Below, one piece after another: positions 49,690 through 63,771 of a DNA stretch of 64,000 nucleotides; within the stretch, counting starts at the first letter, position 1; each line of letters starts with the position of its first letter. The DNA is taken from the NCBI GenBank assembly GCA_964016885.1, contig OZ024740.1:179180001-179244000 (forward strand), written 5' to 3'. The notes below the pieces were generated by a model. It did not search any database and was not told where the DNA came from. It worked only from the letters and a program-made list of their open reading frames with translations. The position numbers were made by a program, and so were the translations under genes. This DNA comes from Eledone cirrhosa. Lineage: Eukaryota.

Positions 49690-51210
49690 AGTAGCTAAGC
49701 TAGAAGTTGAATTGTAAACGCCATGTCAGCGAAAATAATGGCCCTGTCACCGTTCGTAAATGTGAAACATGAAAATTGCATTTTCAAATCGAAGGCGGAA
49801 CAAAAGGCTAATGTGCATCGTCTCAACAAAGCCACAATTCGGTCTTTGATGGATCTGGATAAGCGGATGTGTGCGAGCGACACTTTGCACAACTGTTTGA
49901 GGAAAGCGCTGTGACAGAGGCGGTAGTCGACTTTAGCTCCTCCATCGATGACCTGCCACAACTCACAACAAAATGCTGCGAAAAGCCGGTAACAGCCATT
50001 GAAATATAAATGGCTCTATGTGGTTGTATACATTTAGATGTTCTGCCCTACGAGCTTTTCGCAGATATGCCAAACCCATACACTGATGTCCTGACTACGA
50101 CTAGCAACAAAATGGGAGAATTCTTAATTCTCTGAGCCAGGATGTGGTAATGTTGATTAGGAAGCTGCGAACAAGAGAAATATAATTGGAAATTTCCGAC
50201 ACATAGCTCCGTTATACACAGTTGATGTTTTTGACCAACATACTAGCATGCATTTTGATGAGCTTCTGATTAATTTGGATCAATTGATAGCTTTCGATAG
50301 GGTTGATCATGAGACTGTGCTCAATGCAGCAGATTTCGTTCCCGTTTTCATAGGCTAGATTGTTTCAATGCACAGTGGCATCTCCTTGGTGGTCAGAGAA
50401 AATGGCTACCCATCGGAAATTGTTCAGATCATAGACACCGTCTGTCAAGAGTTCCTTTTCTTCTCCCATCTGTATGTCCTTACACTCGAGCCCCTACTTC
50501 AGAAGCCGGGGCTGTTGAAGGGCATGCTACTCGAAAAGGCATGTCGAAAAGATCAGTCGACATAAGCGGAAGCGTCATCGCGAACGATATCGGACACCTT
50601 GGAAAGCGAGGAAGTCGATACATCCCTGAAGATGTATGAGGCGTTGATTGGAGCACCATACCGTGCGACAGCGTCGTGGTGCGCTGGATGGATGGTCCTT
50701 TTAAATTTCGTGGGGTCTGGTCTACACCTCCAAGCAGATAGGACCTGGGACGAGTTACTAGATAGAGTAGCCAGTCTTCACCATAAATGTGCTGAGTGGG
50801 AGACATGCCTAAAACGTCTGACAGAAGTGGTGAACGCCTACAACACCCCAGTAATATATTATCGTCTGACCGTCATCACCTGACCCAGATTTCGTCTCAC
50901 CAGCCCTTGCTCTTGCATTTCTTGTGGAAGGGATGCATTCAATTGATCACGCGGTCTATCTGCTGCCAATACCCTTTATGCGAAGCGCTCGGAATTCATG
51001 ACCATATATGCTCTGAGACTTCGGCATATAAAAATGTTCCTAGACGTGGAACATTTGTGATCACCCTCTGCCAGGCGCAACGTTTCGCAGCTAGTCATGT
51101 TTTCTGTATGCCGTGGTCAATCAAAGACCGGGATTGGGGGCCTGGCATCTTTAACGCTGTCCGGCGCCACACTCCTTACCAGTTGGGCAAGGTGGTCGGT
51201 GGAATTTCAA
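49690..51210 (+). mobile_element. Decayed Tx1/L1-clade LINE ORF2 (RT)
   Basis: NFRHIA, AFDRVDH, LYVLTLEPLL, LLHFLWKG; frameshifts. Confidence 0.75.
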
Positions 51211-52949
51211 TGGAAAAACAACCTTATATATATCATAAGATAAACTATAAACACAAGTATTTCAATTATCGACTCTATGCCACATAATTATTCCTATTAA
51301 GTCATTGATTTATCGGGTGGTTTTACTGTATAAAATGGAACCCGGATATATGACTAGTATTTGATTTATTGGCCACAGAATCGATAAAGCCAAGTCAGTT
51401 CTAGAAATAGAAAAAACAAATTCTATTTCAGCTACAACTCCGGTAGGATAAAGGACAGCTTCATTTATTATAATTTTAACCAACTCGGTTTTAACATTAT
51501 TCATAATGTTTTCTCTGCTTGTTCGACGTTTCATATAATTTACACAGGTCTTTAGCAACTTTCTGTGCCTTGCACCATGTAAGTTTCATTTTACTCAACC
51601 CACTTTTGAATGTTCTATCTAGAGGATTTTGGCCGCATCTTGTCGTGGACTATTCTGAGTGCGTTGCTTTTTCAACTGAACTACTGACACTTTATTTGAA
51701 ATTAATACCGGCGATTCATTGATTCTGTTAATGAAACCATTATGTTATTTCACGTTATAATATATGATACAACAACCATTATATATGATTCAAAATCACT
51801 TATATATTAAATTGCCCCGCTTTTGCATTAAAATATACTAAATTTTTCCTACTAATAAAAGTATTTATTTTGACAGCGCTTTCAGATATAACCACCACCA
51901 TCTTCTCAGAAAATTATATGGTTTGGGTCATAATACATTTTATAATTAAAATATAATTAATTACATCCCAATTTGTTTATTACCCGGAAGTAGATTGCCT
52001 GTGCATTGATAATTCAGCGAAATTGTTGAAGATAACTAATTAAATAAGGACGAGAGAAGATATAATAGGAACGCTGGAAAGAAAGTAGCAAATAAGTATT
52101 TAATATCTATGAAAGTATGTATGTTTTCTATGCGTGTATGTATGCATGTAAGTATCTCGTCTTATATATATGTGGATTTATAACCCCCCCCCCACTCACA
52201 CACATATATATATATGTGTGTGTGTAAGTATGTGTAGCTGTGTATACTGAAATATTATTGGCTTTTCATTTCACCTCGTTTTCCATATAGTTTTCATCAT
52301 ATTGCTTTAAATGCCACATAAATGCAACGACTAATAGGGCTTTTTCACTCTCACTATCTCACATACTCTGTGTATATATGTATATCTTTCATATGTAAAC
52401 GAAACTTCCTCTTTTTTCTATTATATATATATATATTTATTTATATATAATATGTAACACACAATAAATTGAGTCCAGCTGCATCACTGATTTTTAGTAT
52501 TATATTATATATATATATATAAATACAAATATAAATTATCGAGAATCGTACTTCGGCCTATGAAATAACGAAAAACAACCTCCGAGGTGTGTGGCAAGTG
52601 CTCAATGATTCAGATGAACCAGAGCTATAACAAACGTTAAAAGCCAAACACACTGAGACGATGGTTAAACAATCATCCGCACAGCCAAAAAAACGATCAA
52701 GTAATTCGGGTCAAACAAATAAAAATATATGTGATTGAAAATTTACCCGGAACCCTGGAAGGTTGGTAAAATCCAGCATTTCTGCGACTCCTAAATTAAG
52801 TACTGTCCGCTTACATAAATAATGTTAGGCTTCTGGTAAGATGATTGAACAAGGAAGCCGCTTTTTCAACAGGTTTTAGTTCAATGCTAATTTAAAGAAT
52901 GACTATTATCGAGCCCTCTTTGGATTTTAGTCTTCAAATTTATTATTAT

Positions 52950-53010
<61 letters not shown>

Positions 53011-53012
53011 CA

Positions 53013-53043
<31 letters not shown>

Positions 53044-53309
53044 GTATAGATATGCATATGTACACACACAATCACTGTATTTTCCCTGTTGTTATCGAGT
53101 CTCAAGTCACTGCGATTTTTAGGCGTGAACTATATTCGAACTATATCAGACATTGCAGACATTCTTCTCTTTTGTCTCTTCATTTCATTGTTTAAAATCT
53201 GTGTTTGGTTAAAATCTGTGTTTGGTTCCTATTTTTATTTTATTTTATGTTTTTGTGTAAATATTGCTCCATTTTGTGTAAATATGCCTTGTTTTAAATG
53301 TCTGGAGAG

Positions 53310-55960
53310 CTAATACTTTGCAGCCTAAATTCAGATGGTCAATGGTCTCAACATGACACTTTGGAACGATTCCAATTCTGATCACAACGTCTTCAAAGTT
53401 TCGCATTGAAAGAAACTTGTCATGTGAAGCCATATGAAGCCCTCACTCTCTGCCTTTGGCCCAGAACCCCACAGCCACTGATCGGTAAGAGTTTGATCTA
53501 CCTCAGATTCTTCGCTACGAAGAACAAACTGCTCATGCAATGGTTTTTGCTCACAATTAGTGCACTGTCTCCGTTGTCCTTTATGTTTTACCAAGAATTT
53601 GAGGTTCTTTGTGGCTCTAATTGCAGAATCGCCATCATTATCATTATCAAAACTGCATTCCCAATTTTTCTGCAAACGTCCAACTTTCCTTTGTAACTGA
53701 ATGTAATCTCTTCTTCCTTTCATGATCTGCAACCACTTTCATCCAGTCATTTATGGTTTTAAGGTACATGATCGATAGTTTTAATTTCTTTCTCAATTTT
53801 TATCTTTGAGGGTTTTTTGTGAGTATTGTGTCCTTTTCGCTTTTTCCTTAACCCACATTTCTTTTTTATTACCGTTGCTGCTGCATTTAAGGAACAGATC
53901 TAATTTTGGGTGATGAATTTTATTACAGACTAGACTTCTCCTGATTTTGGTGTCTATTTTCTTTATTTCATTAACGTCCCAATTTAGGATACTGAAAAGT
54001 AACAAATAGGATTGTAGATAGTTTATTCCTTGAGTTAAGCTCAGTTTTCTAGATAGCACGTAATCTCCGGTAGCATTCCTTCTTGATTATCTCTTTCATA
54101 CTGGCATGGTGAATAGCTTGGCTTTCTTTATCCTTAGATATCTATAGGCTTGTTCCTTTCCTAATTCCCAAAATATTTATTGACATCAATAATTCTTTCA
54201 GTTTGTGCTTGGCATTCTTCCAATCCCCATCATTGCTGAACACCTTAACTGTCTTCAACAGTTATTCTAGTTCGCTTTCATTTTTATACGAATCAGATAA
54301 TTAATTTTGTGGCCATATTTATTTTTGAGGGCTAAAGACAGTGGTGTGAGTGCAAATTAAAATATCGGAGAAGAAAATGAATCACCTTGAAAATTCCCAT
54401 GTTGCTAGAATTATTAGTTCTATGATTGTATGACAAATGGATTTGTATTCCATATAGATATGTATTTCAGGAAGTTTACAGAATTTACTGTGGACATTTT
54501 CAGGACATCTAAAATTTTCAAAATCCCTTTGCTACCAAATGCTTTTGTATAGTCAATCCAAACACTACTTTTCTTCCAGAATCATGCGGTTAATAAGAAG
54601 CTAGTCAACAATAAGAACATGGTGATAACCTTTTTGCTCAATAGGGAAAACATGATTTTATCGAAAAAGTTTTAGTTTGTTAAGATTGAGATAAGAATTT
54701 TCTATGATATGGGAAGGCAAGTGACAGGATGAAAAACTTTTGGAATATTTGTTTCTGTCGATTTTGTTCAAACTAATCAGGAATTTTTCTAAGGATTGGG
54801 CATAATTTTGTTAAGACATTTAACCAACATATCACGGGGAACCTTAAAAGAAGATAACCAGAAGTTTGGCACTTCATCAATGGCAGGGGGCTTCCATTTG
54901 TTGGCTCTCTTTAGTACTAACTCCAGTTCTTCATTCCATAGTTATGTCTTGCCAAATCTGCCTTTTTAAATTGTAAAATGTTTCTTCCATGTTCTTTATC
55001 CATTCTGCTTTCGCATTATGAGATTTTTCTGTACTTTATATTATTTCCAAGCATTCTTCAATTTCATGAATTGAAGGGGGTTCCGTGACCTGAATTTTCT
55101 ATGCCCGAGTTTCTCTGTAAAACCCTTTTCCATCTGACATGAAAATGTTTATTTTGCCTGTAAAACCTATTTCGTATTTCAATTCTATTTCTTGGCAGTT
55201 TTCAACAATACTTTCTGTTTCAGAGTTTCTTTGAAGTTACTTTGGATTTCTTAATCACTTTCCTTTTCTTGATTTGACACATATTCCCTCCATGAGCGAT
55301 AGCTTTAATTTCTTTCTCAATTTTTATATTTGGGGCTTTTTGTGAGTATTGTGTCCTTTACACTTTTTCCTTAAACCACATTTCTTTTCTATTACCGTTG
55401 TTGCTGTATAAATAATTTCATTCATCTCTTATATAGGCTCCATCTATTCAATTATTACTTTACCTGCCTGATTTCTATTTCTCATGTGTTGCTTGTCAAC
55501 TTTAGCAAGGACCCTCTTTTACCCATATTGATGTTTTTTTTTCAAGTTAATTGAGAATTTGCTGTTGTGTTTGTTGTTTGTGATCTTTATGTTCATGAGT
55601 AGAAATATCCTCATTCATATTGTCAATCTATCTTTCAGTTTGACTCTGCTCTTTTGTTTTATTGATACTTTCAAATTTCTGTGAAATCTGTCCTGGTGAC
55701 AACATAGTCAATACATTTTGTAGTGTCTCTTCTGTCACATATTTGTTTCTATCCTTTTCTGATATTGGTATTCTCAAATCTTTTCCAGCATTTTTCTTCT
55801 TAATTTCATTTAACCCTGCATCTGATAGTCTCTTGTTTCTAAGAATATCTCTTCTTACATTTGCAAGTTTTTTCGTCCAGGTTTGGTCTCATATCTGGAT
55901 TTCCTGCCCTACATACCCTACAGAGTTTTGCTGTGTCTCTTGACTCCAATACTTTGCCCA
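53310..55960 (-). mobile_element. Decayed R4/Dong-like LINE
   Basis: WKPPAIDEVPNFWL, IDYTKAF, IFQGDSFSS, KIDTKIRR, GPKAESEGFI, ETIDHLNLGC. Confidence 0.75.
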
Positions 55961-56059
55961 ATGAGTGATAGAATGCGTATATCACCTCTTTATAATCAAC
56001 TCTATAATTACCGGGCGTGTAAGTAGTCCCCAATTTCTTTTTCTCTTAAATCTGTCCAA

Positions 56060-56800
56060 CCAGCATAGCAATTCTAAGTGTAGAGTGTATAATTGTGATC
56101 TAGAGTCACAAGGTTGCTTGCTCAACGACCTCAGGTCAATAGCTATGAATGCGACAGCCGTCAGTGAGACCAGGATTTCCCATACGCTCGCACTATCCCA
56201 ATTATTAACGAAATTGAGATCTCTTAGTTGGCCAGGAATGGGTGGCGTTGGAGCAGTGCTATTTAGGAAATACTGGATCTCGAGGTACGGCCCATCTTTT
56301 TGGACCCAGGCGGGAAGTTAGTGGCCGTGGGTGTGAGCAATAGCAAAGGTGGTGTTTTAGGACTAGCGGCCGTCTACGTCTGACACAGAGCGGCTGGACT
56401 TCTTCTGGCGTCTGGAAACATTTCTTTTAATGTATCTGCCTTTATTGTTAGCGGGGGACTAGAAAGTCTTCTTAGTCGTACGCAGAGGGGTGTGGACGTT
56501 GCTGATGGAAGAGGGGGTGGGTGGATAAAAACATCAAGAACCTGCTCAGTTCCAACTGTCTCACAGGAACCGACTAGATCTTCCGATTACGCCAACCCCA
56601 GGACCACTTCCATAGATCGTATTTAAACATGTTTTTATTAGGTTAGTAGATAGGGATAGCATAGGGTGTCCACTATTTAAAGGGCTCTTAGCGCCTGACA
56701 ACATTTCAGAGACCAGTTGCCAAGTCACGAAGCTGCTTCGCGAAAGCAGCTCAGTCAAAGTGTCGAGCTGCGGAATGACCTGACTCACAAAGGACAACTA
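56060..56800 (+). mobile_element. Decayed Tx1-like APE endonuclease fragment
   Basis: GCLLNDLRS..AVSETRIS...GGVGAVLFRK is homologous to the ORF2 start at 63772. Confidence 0.75.
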
Positions 56801-56859
56801 CACCTGTTCATCGGTTAAGAATATCTGGAGAAATCGTTAGCTCAGTGTCAGTTTCCACC

Positions 56860-57380
56860 TAATCATACACTGCATGTCCAGTCTTCATATAATGTGTTAG
56901 CAGCAGATGAATTGCTTCTCCAGCTGAACATGTCCCTACCACAAGTTGAAGAATTGCGTTCCGCCGTGTCTTACGCATGCCGGCTGAATTCTTTGTGAGA
57001 GTGGCCACCCCACTCATTACGTCGTTCCAGTTCTTATCTACTTGGAGGTCTGGACCAACCCAGACACCCAGGAGAAACTTCACTGGTACGTCTGTGCATC
57101 CATCCAGCGTCTGACGACACTTTTATTCGACATGAATTTAAGTCTCCACATGCCGAGCCGCAAACCTACCGACTTTTCCGGCTTTAATTTTTCTCGAGTC
57201 AACCATTCATATTACTTTAAGAATTGTCCAACCACCTCCATTTCTTAGGCGTTCGACTGCATTAAGGAGACATCGTCAGCATAAGCCGACACATCCCTTC
57301 TGCGTCCCGGTTCGAGGGGATACCAGGCAACAGCTCTAACTTTCACAGTGTTATTCTCAAATGGACGTTCATTTCAGAAT
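56860..57380 (-). mobile_element. Tx1-like RT fragment, inverted relative to the adjacent endonuclease fragment
   Basis: VSAYADDV; LGVWVGPDLQVDKNW. Confidence 0.75.
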
Positions 57381-57598
57381 ATTACTAAGATCGAATGGGT
57401 ATATATATCCCCATAAAATACACGTTTCCTTGTGGTTGATTGGTGATATGCACGCCTTCTTACAGAGGCTCAATTAGATCCGAAAGCCGATTAAACGTAT
57501 TTCCTGTTTTTACAAATTACAGGTAAATTCGTATTAATTAGGTGTGCATACACGTTAGGGCAATCTCGGTTACACACTCTGTATTTGTATAGATAAAT

Positions 57599-57634
<36 letters not shown>

Positions 57635-59499
57635 CGAAGGAAGTGTGGTAAGGAACCAGGTGGACCATAACGCACCAGAGTACTCAATACTATGGGTAGT
57701 AGAGTGGGCAAAATAATAGTAGAGAGGGGAAAATAAATTAAACAGAAGGAAAAAAAAAGAGGAAAAACAGAGAACATACCGATAAAGAGGGGGACACGAG
57801 GAAAAGCACAAGAGAGCGAACGAGCCAGAGATTTATGTTCAGTGGCTGAACATAAATCTGAGGCCTTATTGACAGCGAGATAGGGAGAGTGAAGACAAAC
57901 AAGTCTAACCTCGGCGGGAGTAGGCGAAAAGAGGCAGAGACGAGAGAAAACGGAAGTAGTAAGGGAGCAGAGAGAAAGAGACTATGAGTGGGAGAGGGAG
58001 AGAGAGAGAGAGAGAGAGAGGGAGGGGGAGAGAGAGAGAGGGAGAGAGAGAAAGGAAGAGAGAGAAAGAAAGGGAAAGAAAGAAAGGGAAAGAGTTAATA
58101 ATAAAAACAAAGGAGATGGAGAGAAAGAACAGGTCACAGCAAAAAATTAATAAAAATTTAGAAGGAACAAGGGGCTGTCTGCTTAATAGATAAAGTGTAT
58201 TTAGAAATAAAAGGAAAACACAAACAAGTGGCAGGTCCCCTATATATATATATACACACGCAAAACATTAATATTACGACACCCACACATATACGTATGT
58301 ATCTTTTCATGTTTGAATGTGCGACGGTTAAAACCAAGAATCCATATCAGTAATCTTCATTGTCGTTTTGTACATCACATCCTAAAATAGATGTTTCAAA
58401 TCATATATTTTCCGCCCGAAGCAGTATTCCACAAATTTATATTGTATTCTTTTTTGTTTCGAATTTTGTTTCAATAAATGAGATTTCTCGGTTTCTTGAA
58501 TGTTATCATATTTCAATATATGACGCAAATTTTTATAATATTTAAGTCTTATCTCCGTCATAATTATTATTTTTATATTATTTGTCTTATCTCCGTCATA
58601 ATTATTACCTGCATAAAATACTAACTGTTGTAATACATACGTCCCCTATTTCTAAATGGAAGGAGTGTGTTGAGAAATTATCGTCTGCTGTTTTAGTGTA
58701 ATTCGTTTTATTTATTTAGGATTTCTTGTTCAAATGCAGCCCAAGCCGAGTTTAAATTTCTTCAGTACCTTTTTGTGTGGATGAACTTCTTTCTAACGTA
58801 GACATAAAGACAGAAATTGTTGGCAGATGTATATTTGCTTCTATCGAACTGAGTATTTTGTGCTAACTCATTTTATAGACGTTGCAACGAAGGATTGCAA
58901 ATTTGACCCAAGTGGGATTTGAACTCAGGACGTAGATCTTTGCGACAAATATCACAGGATATTGTGTCCAAACCTCTAGCGCCTGGGCCATCTTAATGAT
59001 TCAAACATCACTATTCTACCTGATTAATCCATAAAATCTGAATCCGAACAAACTGGTGATCCTCTGCGTCGGCAAAACCAATCTATAGATGGGGTCAATG
59101 AAATGTTTGATGAATTTAATTGTCGCGTGGAGTAAAGGATGCAACGTTTCGTGCCCCTATCCTTCGTCTGGAAATAAAGAAAATAAAGGGCTGCTGAATA
59201 ATGAAATGAAGTGAAGGAAAAATGAAAGAGGTGATATGACGAGCGAATTGAAAAGCTAGTTGAAGCCGATGTGAGTGGTGAGTAAGGGGAAAGAAAGGAA
59301 GTAGTGAAAATAACGAGAAATGTGGTGTAGAGAGAACCAAGATGTAAACATACTGAGGAGGTCAAGTTTAAATACATGGTAGTTGTAAAAAGCCTGTACA
59401 TATTGATGAACTGCAGGGAAGTAGCTTTGGGGGCAAATTTATGAGTTAGTTTATGAAAAAGGTGAAGAGATACAGATGTTAATGTTATCTACTGAAGAT

Positions 59500-60490
59500 T
59501 TCATTAGTTATATGCATTTAAATAACAACGCATGCTTTTTTTCACATCTTCTGAACCTATAAAAATATATTATTATTTAAGTATTCAGCCAATTTTACAA
59601 TCTTTCTGAATTTTATTGTGGCTCTTACCAGAAATCCTTTGGATTTGCAGTATCAGTAGAGGGTCGGGCACCATGCTTTCTAGCATAGAGTTGCGTCCCT
59701 TTACGGTCTAAGTTAAAATCCTACCAAGGTTAACTTTGCCTTTCATCCTTAAGGGATCGATAAAATAAAGTACCATTGTGATAATTGCTGGCCTTGGGGC
59801 AAAAATAGAAACAATTATTATTTAAAGTTATTCTGATCATGAAAAGCATGCAAGATCATGAAAAGCAAGCATGAGTTGATCGAAGTCTGTTAGGACAATT
59901 TCAGACTGCATTAGGTGTGGACCTTGTTTATAAGCCATCTTGGTGAATATGTTTTGTTCTTATTCCATTTTCTCTGTGAGCATATTCACTGGGGGAAGAA
60001 TTATGCACTGACTGTACGTCAAGAAAGTGGGGAAGCAAAAAAAAAATGAAGGAAGCATTCTGCATGAAGTACATACATAGAAATAATCTTGCATTCGGAG
60101 TATTGTGAGTGCGGAAAAACGTAATCCAACTGAGTATACCCTTCCAATTTTAAAGCCGCCATACCCTGTTCAGATAAAGCATAACAGGAATTCTATCGGC
60201 CGAGCTGATTCAGTGTGTTTAGCACAATTTCAGACAATGTAGTGGAAGGAGTTCTTGTTTATGAGACAATCTGGGGGTTTATATACTATAAACAAAAGGT
60301 TGATTGAAACGTCAAAATCACACTCAATATTTGCCTGGTAAAAGCATAAAAAATGCATACAAAGTATGAATGCTGTTTCAGTTAATGTGCGGCTGTTTTT
60401 AAGTATCACAATGCGAAAAGACGCACACATACATAATGTAGGTACGTATATATTGAATCTGGATTGAATCTGTTTGAAACTGATCAAACC
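59500..60490 (-). pseudogene. Possible rhodopsin-class GPCR pseudogene, interrupted by a SINE
   Basis: TM1-like NIYVPTLCMC and TM3-like MAAFKIGRVYSVGLRF (cf. xAFTxERxxSVxxPF); many frameshifts. Confidence 0.3.
59640..59820 (+). mobile_element. SINE copy
   Basis: Match to the SINE consensus. Confidence 0.85.
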
Positions 60491-60544
60491 ATTACTCAAC
60501 AGAGTACTCGATACTTGAGCTCGTAGTAGTAGAGCATTGACTCT

Positions 60545-60608
<64 letters not shown>

Positions 60609-61272
60609 GAAATGTGTGAGAGCCTTGGTACAGTTAGGTATATTTGAAAAAAGGAAAAGAATGACTGAATTCACTTGTAGTGTTAAATAATTTGATTTAA
60701 TTTTATAATATTATAATATTATGAGTTGGTAGATCTAGTAAGTTCTTTGTTAACTTCGGTGGGAAGAATGTTAAAGATTCCTGGTTAACTTTGTAGGAGA
60801 ACTTTCTCGCATTCGTCGGTGGCGATTGTCAAACTGAGATCAGTTTATGTTGTGTTGTGTGACTCTATATATAAGAGAGATTTTGAGGTGTCTGGGTGTG
60901 GTGTTAATGAGTGTTGATGAAGATTTGGAGGAATTAAAGTATACACACACATACACGCACAACTCTCTTAAATTTATAAAGAATATCTTCTACAAATTTC
61001 TATATCAAAGATGAATTCAGGTGCGTGTCTGGGTTTTAATGAGGTGTAAGATACATGTCTTTTGATAAGAATGTGATGACAGTAAAAAGAGAAACGGATA
61101 GTTTTGGAACATTTGTCAAAAATGGGTTGTTGTTATTGGTTTGGGAGAGGAAGTGGGGGGGGGGGGCATGCTAGCTCACATATTCACTTCCCTATATGTA
61201 AATATATTTACAGTCCATATATATTACATACATACACACACACATACACATACACACACACATATATACTCC

Positions 61273-61360
<88 letters not shown>

Positions 61361-61636
61361 TAACAGATTAAAGTTTAAGCAAAGAATCGCTGCTTTCACC
61401 CTTATTATTATTATTATTATTGAATGCTATGGTTGACGGAGGCTCGGCTCTGTAAGGTACTGTAAATTTTGAACGCTATAACAATTGTAAATTGTTTAAA
61501 ACTTAGACCAACTTGTAGACAAAAACACCCTCCTCCTCGTGAGAGGGGTCTTTCTGCCCGTTATTTGGCCCTTCGGGGTTAAATAACTGCTTATTGGGGT
61601 TTTGTACCCAATATTTATTTTTAACAAAAAAACAAC

Positions 61637-63736
61637 ATGGCTACGAAAAAGAATTTGCATAGGTCACTCCCACTTATTCCGTCTTCTTTTTCCTCAATCG
61701 TCACTACAGCAGAGAGAAGATTGTCTCTCTCCCTCCCTTCTTTAAATGTGTCTCTCTCCCTCCCTTCTCTTTCGCAAGTGACGAAAGAAAAGAAAAGTCT
61801 CGTGCAAAGCATGCAAGGTTTCTCCACGACGACGACGACAGCGACGAAACAGGTGTGCGGGAAATACGAAAACCCAGTTGATTCGTCTGACGTCAGGAAT
61901 AATAGCAGTAGCAGCCGTAATAACAACAGCAACAGTGACAATGAAAACAACAGTAGTAGCCGCAACAGCATCACCAGCAGCATAAACAACAACAGCATTA
62001 GCAGCAGCAACACCAACAACAACCACAGCAACAGCGGCGAAGGCAGTAGTCGTAGTACCTGCAGCAACAACAAAAGTAACAGCAGCTCTGACGACAACAA
62101 CAACAACAGCAGCAAAGAAAAACCAATCTCATTTGCAGGTATTGCGAAAAACTTGGAAACAATCCTCATAACAAATGAGGAATTAGAGGAAGCGAAGAAG
62201 ATGGTGACAATGAATGGACACCGAGCAATCTGCAAGGCAGTGGAACATTTTTTCGAAACCCAACAGCACTGTACGGTCACGTACCGTACAGTAAGTACAA
62301 AATCCCGTAGGGTGGAAAGAGCCACAGAGGCCCAAATACAAAAAGCCTTGGGGTCTGTGTGGCAGCGGAAAACGCACACCACCCGAGGCAAAAAATATGC
62401 CACCGTAGACGTACTTTTTGCCACACCCCAGGAGGCAAAGGCCCAATCCGTAGTGACCCTAAGGAGCGAGGAAATGGTGTTGGTGCCCTTCTACTGCGGG
62501 CAAAACATTGTGAGGGTCAAACTGACCCACGTCCCCCCCCGGAATGGCCCCTTCTTGGCTGGCCGCGTCTGTCCTCGTCGGAATCGAGGACAAAACAACT
62601 GTACTGCAAGTACAGAAAAAAGTAAGAAAAGATTGGGTCGGCACCTCCATTGAGATGCTAATCCAAACCAACCAGGAGTGCATCGAAGCTATCCCGGATG
62701 TGATAGACTTCGATAACGGCACTCAACTGCCCATAAGTGTTGAAGGCAAACGCCCGAAATGCTTTCGCTGTGGATCGAAGACTCACCTCAGGGCCTTCTG
62801 CAACGAGAAGACCCTGAGAAAGGAGAAAACCCCCCTCCTTCCGAATCCGGCTCCACGGCTACCAGCAACAGGACAAGCGGCAACCAGGAACGATAGGTCC
62901 GTGGCACCCATACCCACGCCACGGAAATCAAAACCAGCAGCAGCAGTGGAAATATTAACAACAACAACAGCAATACCAAATGCAGCTGCAACAGAGACTC
63001 CAGTGCAAACATCACCAACAACAACACGTGAAAGAGTGGAGCTGGTACCACTCCCCGACCTCACAGAATCAGGGAGTGTGAGGTGGGAGAGGGATGGCAA
63101 AAGGTCGTAAAAAGGCACAAACGCAGAAGCAGCGCATCGTCGCCTTTGAAAAGGGAGGAAAGAAATGAAAAAAGGGTAAAGGCTACTGCAAAGAGATTCA
63201 CAGCAGCAACACCACCAACACCATCACCACCCACACTAGCACCACCATCACCACCGGCGACAACCCCACCGCCAACAACACCTTCAACACCACCACCACA
63301 AGCACCAACATCGCAAACACAACAACAAAACACACACACCCAGCAACAACGACAAGAATATAGCAGAACCACACCCCACCCCCAGAAAAACAAATGCACG
63401 GCAATAAATACACACAACAAGAAACTAATGACTTACATAATTGAACACACAGACATTTCACAACAGGACTACATAATACCAGCACCAATCAAAACGCCAA
63501 CTAACATAAGACTGCTAAAAATAGCACAGAAACAATACACAAACATTAAAACGAAATTCCCCAACGCAGTTGGTGATTTCAGGGACCTAGGAGGAACCAT
63601 CAATCGAAGAGTATATTCAGACATTCTCTTAGAAGAGCCGACGACCAGCCGAAGGGACGATTCAACGGTCCCTTCACCAGACGATCAAGTGAAAAGGGAT
63701 GTAAAAACCATCCCTCCTCTACCAAAAGTACGGTAA
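61637..63736 (+). CDS. LINE ORF1 (gag-like, CCHC zinc knuckle, Ser/Asn- and Pro/Thr-rich linkers); frameshifts at ~62540 and ~63075
   Basis: ISFAGIAK, RPKCFRCGSKTHLRAFC (Cx2Cx4Hx4C), GWQKV; three overlapping ORFs join at C8 and G3 runs. Confidence 0.8.
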
Positions 63737-63771
63737 GTGGTCTTTCCCATCTTTTCCACTCTATTTTAAAC

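Noticed and set aside
61525-61590. HDV-like ribozyme suggested by cctcctcgtg
   Set aside because: Could not build P1, P1.1 and P2; a simple hairpin explains the sequence
61621-62424. 267 aa Leu-rich minus-strand ORF as a membrane protein
   Set aside because: Antisense shadow of the AAC/AGC-rich region of LINE ORF1
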